From the NCBI RefSeq assembly GCF_016433145.1, contig NC_058135.1, positions 277,017,566-277,081,565 of the forward strand: DNA of 64,000 bases. The letters run 5' to 3'. Below are positions 25,199-38,029 of the stretch, one piece after another. The position numbers and the translations under genes were made by a program. The notes beneath the pieces were generated by a model. The model ran no database searches, had not been told where the DNA came from, and saw only the letters and a program-made list of their open reading frames with translations. How positions within the stretch are numbered: the stretch's first letter is position 1; each line of letters opens with the position of its first letter. Source of the stretch: Gracilinanus agilis (Eukaryota).

Positions 25199-26707
25199 TT
25201 AATAGGTCTTCATATTCTTAAAATGAAGGTGGTGCATGATTATTCTTTAAACCAACTTGATAAACCTATCTAAAGTGCAGACATAGGAGAAAGTTAGTAG
25301 GACCTACTTATAGGTCATAAACCACAAAGAGATATTTTCATTCTTGTTTTTAAAATGCATAAGAAGCAGAGCAGATTAGTGCATAGAGAGCTAGCAAGGA
25401 AGACATTTGTTCAAGTCTTCCATTCAGAAAGAGTAATTTCATAATATTGGTCAAGTCATGTAACTTCACGTTGTAGGCAATTTTTGGAGAAGGGGAAAAA
25501 GAAGGATTTGCCTTGTATTTTTAGAGGAAGTTGCCAATGCCATTGAAGTCACAAATGCAGTTTATTTTATTAATAATGCTGTCCTAAGTGCATGAAAATA
25601 GAAAAAAAAAGTTTTGTAGATTGAATTCTTATGTTACACATCTAATACAGTAAGGTATCTTTAAGGGGCCCCATACTATACTTGTTTTTTTAGCTTATTT
25701 TAATCTTTGCTGCAGTATTTTTAGGTTGATGAAATTGCTATTTATATAAAGCTAAAAAGGAATATGTGCTGATTCATAGTAAATAAATGGAGCTCCAGAA
25801 TTTCTCATTTAGAAAATGATTTTTAAAAGAAAATTCAATGAGCAGTGCCATTATTTTAAAATTAGATTAAGTGTATTAAACTTAAATATTTATTTAAAAT
25901 ATTTAAAATAATTTTAATAAAATAAAAAATAAATGTTCTTAAAATACAAAAGTATTAGAGAAAACTTGTAAATCTCAATTAATTTTCACTAGTATCACTA
26001 TATTAACAGGTTAATGAAATAGAATTTTTAGAGAACACAGGCTAGAAAGGTGATCTTGTCTCTCTACAGTCTTCTTTGTTCTACAAAGGGAATAAAGTAG
26101 TTCTTTTATATCTTATTAAAATAAATTTTATTGTTATCCTTTTTACTAGCATGCACATTTATCAAAACATTCTCCTTCCTCTCTGCTATAAAGTCATCCC
26201 TTCTAAAAAGAATGAAATATAGGGAAGATAAATATATATATATATATAATCTGCCAAACCAAACTTTGGAAAAGATATGACACTTCCCTGGACTTCTCTC
26301 AATTGCCAAATACCAATGTAGTCAATAATATCAAAACAGGGTGGGATGGCTAGATCTTGACTATAGGATGCAGAAGTTCAGGTTGCTAATATTATTGGTA
26401 CTTCAAAAGAAAAACAACTGAAATGGCATACAGGTTAAAGTTAAGTTGTTAAAATAATATGCTCTAAAGTATTGTACTTCTTTTCCTGCATATCTACACC
26501 TGAAGAAAGCTCTTCTGTGGCCTAGTCTTCCCTGATCCCTGGACAAACTCTCTAGTAATACTTTTTGTATGACACATAATCTTCACTTAAGAAGGGGAGT
26601 TATCCTAGTTATATCTCTTCCCTCACAGTACCTTTACTGCCATAGAGTAATGATTGCTAAAATCTCTTCCCCAAATTAATTTTGATTCTTTAAAAGTTTA
26701 TATGAGA

Positions 26708-27062
26708 GAGGCAGCTGAGTGGCTCAGTGGATTGAGAGCCATGCCTAGAGATGGTTGGCCGTAGGTTCAAATCTGGCCTCAGACACTTCCTAGCTGTATG
26801 AACTGGATCAAATCACTTAATCCCCTTTGCCAAACCATTACCACTCTTTTGCCTTGGAATCAATACATTGTAGTGATTCTAAGGTGGAAGGTAAAGTTTT
26901 TTAAAAAAAGACTTCTTGAGCTCAAATCTGACCCCACATACTGCCTGGCTGTGTAACCTTGAGCAAGTTACTTTACCCCCATTGCATAGACCTTACCACT
27001 CTTCTGCCTTGGAACCAATACAGTATTGATTCTAAGACAGAAGGTGAGGGTTTAAAAAAATT
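26708..27062 (+). mobile_element. Opossum SINE1 followed directly by a second, 5'-truncated SINE1
   Basis: tRNA-like head ggcagctgagtggctcagtgg, CORE, and tail gaaggtaa..tttaaaaaa. The second copy starts at about 26910. Confidence 0.88.
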
Positions 27063-28679
27063 ATCTGAGAACATCATTTGTCTTGCTCCTGTTATAATAA
27101 CTTGCTAAATCTGAAGCAATTATCTAAACAATCCTTTTTTAGGTACTTATTAAAACAATCAAACAACAAATTATATAGCCCTCTTCGGGAGAGTGGTTGT
27201 GGATTTATGTGGGGTCCCTTGGAGTCATCTACAATAAGGGAGGTGAATAGTCCTTCAATTTCACTTTTTAATAATCTTTCCTAGTGGGAATTTGACTAAC
27301 CTTCTCCAAAAATCCATAATGTCATGTATATAGCCTCTGCCATCAAGGGAAATAATCGTCTTTATTAATTTTTCAATATGAAACTAAGTGAGACATTATT
27401 AGCTGACATTATCATTAAAAGATGTCTTGTAAATGCCATAGACAGGAAATATGCCATTTGACCTAGGATAAGTCATTGAACCCTTCTGGGATCCTAAGAA
27501 TTTCATGTAAATCAGGGTAAACTCTAAGGTTTCCATCTGTTCCAAACTTATTTCATAACTCATGTGTGATAAAACCACATCATTACTGATGTTTAAGTTT
27601 TAGATGAAACCTACCTGCCAGAATGGATATAGTCTATAGAGAGAGAAATTCAGCTGAAGGTGTTGATAATATTCAAGTTGTGAGAAATCTCCCCACAGAT
27701 TCAGATCATCAGCTGCTTTGTAATGTTTGAGAATTACCAGTGGGAAATAGATGTCTTCCTTACTAGTGCTCATATAACAAATTTGTAAATATCTGAAAGT
27801 CGTTATTTAGCCATTTTTCAGTCCTCTCTTGCATTAATGAATCCTTTTGTGAATTACTTGGCAAAGATTCTGGAGTGATTTATTCCTTCTCTGGCTAATT
27901 TTATAGATGAGAAAAATAAGGCAAATAGGGTTAAAAATTGCCCAGAGGTCCACAGTTAATAAGTACTTGAGACCAGATTTGAACTTTAATATTCCTGGCT
28001 GTAGGCCCAGTGCTCTCTCCACTGTACCACCAACTTGCCCTAATAATTGAGGCTATATATGAATTCAAAGCTTCCTGATCCAAAGGGAAGTCAACTGCCT
28101 CTTAGGATGAATTTGTAGAATGCTAACAGAGAAGATAGTTGTTGATACTTATTTTATATAAAATAATATGATAGATCCAAGGAGGTGGATAATGTATAAG
28201 TTAGATAAGACATAGTTCCTATTCTCTCAACATTCATAGTGTAGGAGGACTAGATTTTGCCATCTCAAAAAAACTGTCATATAAAAATAGTGTGTTATGA
28301 AAACATTAAGGGAAGTATAAAACAAAGTGTTTTGTAAGGTTTATGAGTTAAATTATTAGATAAGAGTCCTGGACTCTTAGTCATAAAAACTCGGTGCTCT
28401 CTAAATCTCTGATATCAATTAGTTGCAGTACCATGGCTAAGTGACTTGCTATGTTTATACATCAAATTCCTCCTTCAGTTTACCCTGTTACCTACTATCT
28501 CCACTCTGATAAGGGAATTCTCCTGTTCATTGATCAAACAATACAAATAATTATTAGAGAATGTATTAGCCTATTGATATTTGGTGTCTCTAGATGTTCA
28601 TAGTATTGCCATGAATAAATCATTTAGCCTTTTGGTAATTCAGCTTCTCCCTCTAGAAAATAAGACAATTGGATTAGAG

Positions 28680-29016
28680 TAATGATGGCAAACCTATGAC
28701 ACGTGTGTCAGTACTGACATGCATAGCCATTTTTGATGACGAGTGGCTGCTTGTGGCTGCACACAGAGAAGTATGGGACCTTATGCCAAGGATGAAACAT
28801 TTGCTGTAGTGTAGTGTAGACACTCTGTGCACTATAGATAAATTTTCCTATTTTTTGCTTTATTAAATAGTTTCATATTACAATTATACATTTTTTGTTA
28901 TTTAAACTATAAATATCATGAAATTATGTATTTTTCTCAAAGTGACACACCACCTGAGTTATGCTCTTTTTTTGGTGAATTTTAACACACCAAGCTCAAA
29001 AGGTAGCCCATCACTG
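28680..29016. mobile_element. hAT MITE, hAT1-like, 337 bp
   Basis: TIRs (t)aatgatggcaaacct / aggtagcccatcactg; perfect 8-bp TSD GATTAGAG (28672-28679 and 29017-29024). Confidence 0.9.
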
Positions 29017-29054
29017 GATTAGAGCATAGATTTTTAAATTTTGTTGTGTTTGTT

Positions 29055-29265
29055 TTTATTTTATTTTTTTTAAAACCTTACTTTCCATCTTAGAATCAAT
29101 ATTGTGTATTGGTTCTAAGGCAGAAAAGTGGTAAGGGTTAGGCAATGGGGGTTAAGTGACTTGTCCAGAGTCACCCAGCTAGGAAGTGTCTGAGGTCAGA
29201 TTTGAACCTATGACCTCCCATCTATAGGCCTGGCTCTCAATCCACCGAGTCACCCAGCTACCTCC
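29055..29265 (-). mobile_element. Opossum SINE1
   Basis: Full-length antisense copy with a T-rich tail. Confidence 0.9.
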
Positions 29266-29624
29266 TTTTGTTGTGTTTTTGATGAATTTCTTTTGTCAAC
29301 AGGTGAAGCCTATGGATACCTTTAAAAATGTGGTTCAATATATAAAGCAAAATGTATGGAATTACAAAGGAAACTAATTATTCTGAAATAAAGTTACTGA
29401 AATATTGGGGAACAAAACAAGTTTATTGACCCAAAGATTGGATCATTACTGGGGATAGCCAGATGACCTAGTGAATAGAGTGTAGGGAATGAATTCACAA
29501 ATACTTGAGTTCATATCCAAAACTGGACACATAATAGTTGTGTGACAAATCAAAAGTTGGTTAATTTCCCTCTTTCTCCACATACATTTTAGCAAAGTCA
29601 CTTAGCCTATTAGTGTAGGAGACA

Positions 29625-29860
29625 GCTCTGTAGTTCAATGGATTGAACATTGAACCTGGAGTTAGAAATATGGAAGTGCAAATCTTGCTTAAAACATTTA
29701 CTAGATGTGTGATCTTGATCAAGTCACTTAACCTCTATTTGCCTTAATCCACTGTAAGAAGAAATGGGAAACCAAACCAGTAACCTTGTTAAGAAAACCA
29801 TATTTAGAATAGAATCAACTATATCATGAAGAATCCAAAACACAGCTGAAAGACTGAACA
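29625..29860 (+). mobile_element. MAR1-type CORE-SINE
   Basis: CORE plus RTE-like tail (gaagaaatgggaaaccaaaccagt...aagaaaacc). Similar copies lie at about 52385-52610, 53565-53810 and 54950-55190. Confidence 0.7.
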
Positions 29861-30813
29861 AGGTCAGTTCTTCTAAATCCTATGATCTATACAAATAGTG
29901 GAAAATACAAACACAGGAATCAATGTAGTACAATGGAGAGTATATTGAATTTAAAATCAGAAGACTTAGGCTCAGATTCCATCTTTGTAATTCATTCCCC
30001 TGGTGACCTTTGTCAAGGTCCTTAACTTCTCTCAACTTCATTTTTTCTTATCTACCAAATGAAGGAATGGAATCATATGACCTCTATAATACTGTTCCTT
30101 CAAAAGCTACAAATCCATGAGCTTTAATTATAGATATTTGAATAGCATGTATCCAAAAGAGAATTTTGTTTTAAAAATAGAAGTCCAAGGCTCAAATTCT
30201 ATCTCTGCCACCTGTTGCCAAGTTTGGAAAGATCATTTAAACAAATATAAATAGTGAAATGTCTTTTTCTATACAATTAGGCATCAAGGCTAGATGAATT
30301 GTATTAATTTGGAGTCTCCTGGCCATTAGTTTAGGTCTAATGGTTTAAGGGGGTGAAAATATATAGAAAATGGCTAACTCCTACAAGAAATGTATCAGGT
30401 TATCTGTGATTTCATCTATGATTTTTATCCTATTCACCAATGATAAATCATAGTCTTTATAATGTAAAGTGTTATGGAATAGATTGAGACACAGATTTAG
30501 GAAATATCTATTGTTAATGACACTAAAAAGTGTTAGAAATGAGAATTGCAACCATTTCACCATGAGTTTGAGACCAGTATTCTATCTACTAGGTCATTTT
30601 CCATTTAATTGTATGATAGATTGAATGAAATAATTCAGATGATTGTGTTCCTCTATTCCAGTTCTTCTTCTCTTCTGCGAATACTCTGTGAAAACTACAT
30701 TGGAATTGAGGCATAGAGAAGAGAAAAAAGGGAAAAAATAAGGGAGAATTGAAATGCTAAGATTTTATTTTTAGAAAGAACAATAATCAGAAGTGTTGCA
30801 GTTGTTGAGGGAA

Positions 30814-30839
30814 CTCACAAATTCTCTTTCTCTCAACAG
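30814..30839 (+). promoter_or_regulatory. Branch point and splice acceptor
   Basis: CTCAC...attctctttctctcaacag| at 30839. Confidence 0.75.
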
Positions 30840-30853
30840 AGAATAAAGATCCA

Positions 30854-30880
30854 ATGACTCTAAGTCTGAATCAGAGTTAA
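30854..30880 (+). other. Upstream [11 protein letters not shown] ending 4 nt before the OR ATG
   Basis: ATG ACT CTA AGT CTG AAT CAG AGT TAA. Confidence 0.5.
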
Positions 30881-30884
30881 GGCA

Positions 30885-31823
30885 ATGCCAAGCCCAAATT
30901 ATACAGATGTGACTGAATTTATCCTATTGGGCTTAACCAGTCGCCAAGAACTCCAGGTCATGTTTTTTGTTATATTCTTAGTTGTTTATGTTATTACTCT
31001 GGTTGGGAATATTGGCATGATTATGCTCATCAGCATCAGTCCTCAGCTCCAGAGTCCCATGTACTTCTTTCTAAGTCACTTGTCTTTTGTGGATGTCTGG
31101 TTCTCCTCCAATGTTACCCCAAAGATGCTGGAAAACTTATTATCCAAGACAAAAACCATTTCTTATGTTGGGTGCTTAATACAGTGTTATTTTTTTATTG
31201 CTCTTGTCCATGTAGAAGTCTATATCCTAGCTGTGATGGCCTTTGATCGATTTATGGCCATCTGTAACCCTCTGCTTTATGGGAGCAAAATGTCAAGGAC
31301 AGTTTGCATTCGGTTAATCTCGGTGCCTTATGTTTATGGCTTCTCTGTGAGCCTCATTTGTACCTTGTGGACGTATGGGTTATACTTCTGTGGAAACTTT
31401 GAAATCAACCACTTCTATTGCGCAGATCCACCACTCATCAAGATAGCCTGTGGAGGCATCCATATCAAGGAATATACCATGATTGTCATTGCAGGAATTA
31501 ATTTCACATACTCTTTGTCTGTCGTTCTGATCTCTTACACATTCATCGTGGTGGCAATTCTCCGCATGCGCTCTGCTGAGGGGAGAAAGAAGGCTTTCTC
31601 CACTTGTGGCTCTCACCTCACAGCTGTCACAATGTTTTATGGCACTCTTATTTTCATGTATCTCAGGCGCCCCACAGAGGAGTCTGTAGAGCAGGGGAAA
31701 ATGGTGGCTGTGTTTTATACCACAATCATTCCTATGTTGAATCCCATGATCTATAGTCTAAGGAACAAGGATGTAAAAGAAGCAATGAACAAAGCTATTC
31801 AGAGGTCTTGTTTTATGAAATGA
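30885..31823 (+). CDS. OR5M9: Olfactory receptor, OR5M9-like, intact, 312 aa
   Basis: Canonical motifs ([31 protein letters not shown]); very close to recalled human OR5M9 ([48 protein letters not shown]). Confidence 0.95.
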   Translation: MPSPNYTDVTEFILLGLTSRQELQVMFFVIFLVVYVITLVGNIGMIMLISISPQLQSPMYFFLSHLSFVDVWFSSNVTPKMLENLLSKTKTISYVGCLIQCYFFIALVHVEVYILAVMAFDRFMAICNPLLYGSKMSRTVCIRLISVPYVYGFSVSLICTLWTYGLYFCGNFEINHFYCADPPLIKIACGGIHIKEYTMIVIAGINFTYSLSVVLISYTFIVVAILRMRSAEGRKKAFSTCGSHLTAVTMFYGTLIFMYLRRPTEESVEQGKMVAVFYTTIIPMLNPMIYSLRNKDVKEAMNKAIQRSCFMK

Positions 31824-33989
31824 TAAATAGTATCCTTTGTCTTCAAACATGAAAACATCAATACTTTCATCATAGAATATTCGACTTTTAAGGGATGCCA
31901 AATATAATCAAGTCTAATACTCATACAATCAAAAATCATTGCCACAATATTCCTGATAACATATTTATATACATATATATCATTATATATAATATATGTA
32001 ATAATATATAATCATAGACTTGGAGGCATCTGGTTTGGACATTAGCTAGAGCACTGGACCTAGAATCTGGAAGTCCTGAATTCAGTTCTCACCTCAGAAT
32101 TTTAAGAGCTATGTGATGCTAGAAAAGACATATAAACTCTCTTTGCCTCAAACTTCTTTATTGCAAAGTAGTGATAATAATATCACTTCACAGAATTGTT
32201 GCAAGCATCCAATGAAAGAATAAAGAACAATTAGCATAATGCCTGAAATATAATAAGCAGTACATGATGGTAACTTCTTGTTATGGTTAGTGTTCTTAAA
32301 GACTCATTTCAAATGCTACTGTGTACAGAAGGACATTTATAATCTTTCTCTCTAAACTTGATTTCCAACTGCTGTCTGATCTTATATTTCCTTCATTAAA
32401 ATATTATTGTAATGAATAAAAAATTCATTAAAATATAAACTACTTCAAGGCAAGAACTTTGTATAAGCAGTGGTGAACAGTGTCCCTAGTATCTGTTAAA
32501 ATATATAGGCAACACAAGTGCCCCAAATACTTCCCCCAGGGGCAACTCCACTCTCAGTTTTTACAGGTCCTTAACCATCTTTATTTAGTCTTCTTCAATG
32601 ACCCATATCTATGAATGGATGTAGAAAGGGATGAGCATCTGCTCCTTCATCTTTGATAATCCTCAGTGGAGTTTTCTAACCCCTTCAGAAAAGAATGCAC
32701 AATTTATCTGAAAACAATGTTAAATTACACACACTCCTTTGAAAATGAACAATTCATAGTCAGAAAGTGGACTCTGTATCTTATTGTTTCTATTTTCTGC
32801 CTTTTGCTACCATAATCTCATTTGTTAATTAGGAAAAATCAAAAGAATATTGTAAGTCTCTCCCTCCACCAATTAATTTTGCTATGAAATTCTATTTCTA
32901 AATACTTTTGAGCTAAGCCCCATCATTTCATTAATTGACCTCTCCATGGTGATTTTCATTCCTAATTTATGAAAAAGTTGATCATTCAGGTAGTCCAGGT
33001 AATAGTGCCAGACCTGGAGTTTGCAAGACCTGAGTTCAAAACACACTTCCAAAGAATAGAGGTAATATTAATACCTACCTCTTAGGTTTGTTACGGCAAT
33101 TGAATGAGAAAATATTTGCAAAGTACTTCATACATTAACTGGCACATGGTGATAAATACTTGAGAACACCAGTCCATCAGAAGCTTACGTTAAATTAAGG
33201 GAAAATAATAATCAATGATAATTGAAAAAGAATGGGGACTAAAAATGTCATACTTGGGTATTTGTGGCTGTCCAGTGATATGGAAATTATAGAGTAAATC
33301 TGGAACAGGGTAGAGAAGAGAATGAAGACAGGCCAGTATTGGTCCCTTCACAAAATTAGGAAGATACATCCCAATGAGAGAATCAGAATACAACTTGCTA
33401 AGAGATATCTTGTGGAAGGTAAACTGTAGGGACAGTAGGCTGTTGAAGTATATAGAGGTTCTAGATGCTGAAGCAAGTTTCAGGATTAGCTAGTAGTAGA
33501 AGCGACTAGGTGTGGAAAATCATAAGAAGTCAAGAACAGAACTGGAAGGAGAAATGTGAATTTCATGAGGATAGAGGGTTTGTTCACTGAATGAGTACTA
33601 CCATATTCATTTTTGGGCCATGTGCTGAAAGTGGTCAATGAGTTCTTCTCAGAAAGGAATCAAATATAGGGAGCTAATGTTTGCTTTGTGATACTCTATC
33701 CTGTGTTAATGATCCCTAGTTAGCCTATTCAACTCACCACTCCTTATTTTAGGACAAATGTTCTCCCAGTGATGTGATATGGTACAAAATTATTTAAATC
33801 CTTTCTAAGGTGAGTAAAACAAGGATTGGACACATACAATGTAGGTTTCAGTATATAGCAATATATTTATATTGATGATAAAAAGGATGGCATGATGGGT
33901 AAATCGCTAGACAACATCAGAAAGAATCAAGTTCAAATTGAGTCTCAAAATGTTGGTAACTATATATCAATTCACTAAATTCATATCTA

Positions 33990-36900
33990 CCTAAATTTTC
34001 TAATTTGAAAAAAGGAGATAATAATAATATCCATTTCCAATGTTTGTTTTAAACTTTAAAAATGAAATAATATTTTAACATAATTGTTTTCACAACTGTA
34101 AATATAATAGCAAAACTTGGCCTTTTCCCCAAGGATTTACATTTAGATAATATCAAATTTAAAAACATTTAAAAGATTTGGCAGTTTATAAGGTGTTATC
34201 ACTACCTTCATCTTAATACATAATGATAATGATGCGAAATTACTTTGTATAACCTGGTATTGGCTAAAAAATAGAGTGGTGGAACAACAAAGTAGATTAG
34301 GTATAGAATACAGACAAGTAGATAACCATAGTAATCTTTTACTTGAAAAACCAAAAGATCAAAACCTTTGGAATAAGAACTGATATTATTTGGCAAAAAA
34401 TTAATAAGGAAACTGGAAGGCCATTTGGCAGTATTTAGTTAAAGACCAAAATTTCAAATTATTTATCATAATAAGATCAAAAAGGGTACATGAGTTAGCC
34501 ATAAAGTGTAATATCATCATCAAATTAGAGAAGCTTGAAAAATTTTGTCTATCAGATATATGATAAATGAAAGCATTTATAACCAAATGAGAGAGACAGG
34601 ATAATGAGAAGTAAAATGAATAATTTTGATCACATGAAATTAAACACTTTTTGAAGAAACAAAACTAATAAACTCAAAATTAGGTGGAAGGGGAGGTTCC
34701 AGGTTAAGATGGTGGCAGAGTAAAAAGAAGCTCTTAACCTCTCCTGACCAAAACATACAGGACTCCTCAAGGGGACATAAAAACAAGTCCAGACAAACGG
34801 AGGGACCCCACAACAGGGTGCAGCATGGAAGGTAGGTGGAATCAGAGCATTTCCATGCTATAAAGGGGTGAAACAACTCTCACTAAATTGAGGGCTGAGC
34901 AACCACCCCCCTACCCCCTCCACACACACCACCTACAATGCCAAAGCCAGCTAAAAAGAAATAGAGCAATTTTGGGGCACCCATTGAGTCACTGGCAGCT
35001 TTAGGGCCTGTTCCTGAGAGCAGCAAGATTTAGGACCCCAAAAAGCTAAGGAACACGCACAGACCCTGAGCTCAGACACGGAGCGCAGGTGCAGGTGGAG
35101 GCGCGGGCAGAGGCAGACACAGGTGTGAGCAAAGGCTCTGAAACCCTGAGTGGGGAACAAGTGCATACGGGTATACGACTGTGGAAGCAGCGCCCTGAGA
35201 CTTCTAAAGGAACCTCTGGCAGAGGACCAAGCAAGGGGGTCCACCAGGGGGCTTGACCTTGAGAAAAACCAGACCTCAGACCTCAGGACCCAAAAGACCG
35301 CAGACAGACTCTGACCGCAAGGATAAAGCTGATAAGCTGCTGGGCTAATGATGGGGACCCAGAATCAGAAAGTTCAGAAGAGAAAGATTAACAACAAGAA
35401 AAATAAATCTTTAACTTTTACACAGAGAAAATCCACAAAACCGAGCAAACAGAGGAGGAGAACAAACAAGCATCCGGACCCTCCAAAAATAATGAAAACT
35501 GGTCACAAGCTCTTGAAGAGTTACGAAAACAACTACAAAACACTTTCCAAACAAATAAAACTGGATCTAAACAATTGGAAAGCCATTGATTGCTCATGGG
35601 TAGGACGAGCTAACATAATAAAATTGACCATTCTACCCAAATGAATTTACCTATTTAGCTCCATACCTATCAAACTACCAAAAAACTTCTTTACTGAACT
35701 AGAAAAAACTATAACAAATTTCATTTGGAATAACAAAAGATCAAGAATTTCAAGGGAAATAATGAAAAAAAATGTGAAGGAAGGGGGCCTAGCAGTACCA
35801 GATATTAAACTACACTATAAAGCAGCAGTCATCAAAACAATATGGTACTGGCTAAGAGATAGAGAGGAGGATCAGTGGAATAGACTTGAGGTAAATGACA
35901 TCAGCAAGACAGTGTATGATAAACCTAAAGAGCCCAACTTTGGGGACATGAATCCACTATTTGACAAAAACTGCTGGGAAATTTGGAAAACAATTTGGGA
36001 GATATTAGGTTTAGATCAACATCTCACACCCTACACCAAGATAAATTCAGAATGGGTGAAAGACTTGAATATAAAGAGGGAAACTATAAATAAGTTAAGT
36101 GAACACAGAATAGTATACTTGTTACATCTCTGGGAAAGGAAAGACTTTAAAACCAAGCAAGAGTTAGAGAAAATTAAAAAATGCATATTAAATGGTTTTG
36201 ATTATATTTAACTAAAAAGCTTTTGTACAAACAAAAACAATGTAGTCAAAATCAGAAGGGAAACAACAAATTGGGAAAAAAACTTTATAACAAAAAACTC
36301 TGACAGGGGCCTAATTACTCAAATATACAAGGAGTTAAATCAATTGTATAAAAAATCAAGCCATTCCCCAATTGATAAATGGGCAAGAGACATGAATAGG
36401 CAATTCTCAGGTAAAGAAATGAAAAGTATCAATAAGCACATGAGAAAGTGTTCTAAATCTCTAATAATTAGAGAAATGCAAATCAAAATAACTCTGAGGT
36501 ATCACCTCACACCTAGCAGATTGGCTAAAATGAAAGAAGGGGAGAGTAATGAATGCTGGAGGGGATGTGACAAAATTGGGACATTAATGCATTGCTGGTG
36601 GAGTTGTGAACTGATCCAACCATTCTGGCTGGCAATTTGGAATCATGCTCAAAAGGCTATAAAAAATATCTGCCCTTTGATCCAGCCATACCATTGTTGG
36701 GTTTGTTCCCCAAAGAGAACATAAATAAACAGACTTGTATGAAAATATTTATAGCAGTGCTTTTTGTGGTGGCAAAAAACTGGAAAAGGAGGGTATGCCC
36801 TTCAATTGGGGAATGGCTGAACAAATTATGGTATATGATTGTGATGGAATACTATTGTGTTAAAAGGAATAATAAATTGGAATAATTCCAGGTGAACTGG

Positions 36901-37990
36901 AAAGACCTTCAGGAACTGATGCAGAGTGAAAGGAGCAGAGCCAGAAGAACACTGTACACAGAGACTGATATACTATGGTAAAATCGAATGCAATGGACTC
37001 CCGTACCAGCAGCAATGCAATGACCCAGGACAATTCTGAGGGATTTATGGAAAAGAACGCTACCCACATTCAGAGGAAGAACTGCGGGAGAGGAAACATA
37101 TAAGAAAAACAACTGCTTGAACGCATGGGTCTGGGTGGACATGATTGGGATGTAGACTCGAAACTACCACACCAATGCAACTATCAACAATTTGGAAATA
37201 GGTCTTGATCAAGGACACATGACAAAACCAGTTGAAATGTGTGTTGGCCATGGGTGGGGGAAGTGAGGGGGGTGAAGGGGAAAGTAGGAGCATGAATCAT
37301 GTAACCATGTTAAAAATGAATATTAATAAATGTTTAAATTTAAAAAAAGGAACCTTTAAAAAATTAGGTGGAAGGAATAAATTCAGAAAAATATAGCAAA
37401 TTTATCTGACAAAGGTTTCATTTCTTAAATATATAGAGAACTGCAACAAATTTATAAGAATATGAGTAGTTTTCTAATTGATTAATTATCAATGGATATG
37501 AATAAGCAGTTATCAGAAGAAGAAATCAAAACTATCTGTAGTCATATGAAAAATGTGTTCTTAATTGCATCTGATTAAAGAAATGTGAATGAAAATAAAC
37601 TTGAAGTACTACCTCATCCTGTTCAGACGGACTAATATGAGTGAAAAGGAAAATTAAAAATGTTTGAGGGAATATAGAAACATTGATACACTAATGCACT
37701 ATTTGGTGGAGTTGATAACTGATTCAAACATTCCAGAGAACAATTTGAAACTATCCCCAAAGGGCTAATTGTGGATACCATAACTCAAATTAAATTTAAA
37801 AGAGTTTGCACTAACCAAACCAAAGCAACCAAGATTAGTAAAGAAATAACAAACTGAGAAAAGAAAATCTTTATAACAAGTATCTCTTACAAAAGGTTTC
37901 ATTTCTCAAAAATATAGAGGACTGAGTCAAGTTTAGAGTATAATGCATTTCTCAATTGACAAGTGGGCAAAGGATAAGAATAGACAATTT
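33990..37990 (+). mobile_element. Ancient L1 ORF2 remnant (33990-34675 and 37376-37990) split by a younger L1
   Basis: Degenerate ORF2-like sequence continues on both sides of the TSD-flanked insertion. Confidence 0.7.
34692..37359 (+). mobile_element. L1 with intact 5'UTR and 3' end but a large internal deletion (most of ORF1, EN and RT)
   Basis: 16-bp TSD AAAATTAGGTGGAAGG (34676-34691 and 37360-37375). GC-rich 5'UTR, then an ORF1 stub (…[10 protein letters not shown]) joined at about 35520 to post-RT ORF2 ([20 protein letters not shown]), then 3'UTR and A-tail. Confidence 0.9.
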
Positions 37991-38029
37991 TTAGATTAAG
38001 AAATTAAAAGTATCTAATTTCTCTGAAAA

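Noticed and set aside
26708-26790. tRNA-like sequences (also about 52980 and 61345)
   Set aside because: These are tRNA-derived SINE heads continuing into CORE and tail sequence, not tRNA genes.
34951-35244. GC-rich island with ORFs, possible gene promoter
   Set aside because: It is the 5'UTR of the TSD-flanked L1.
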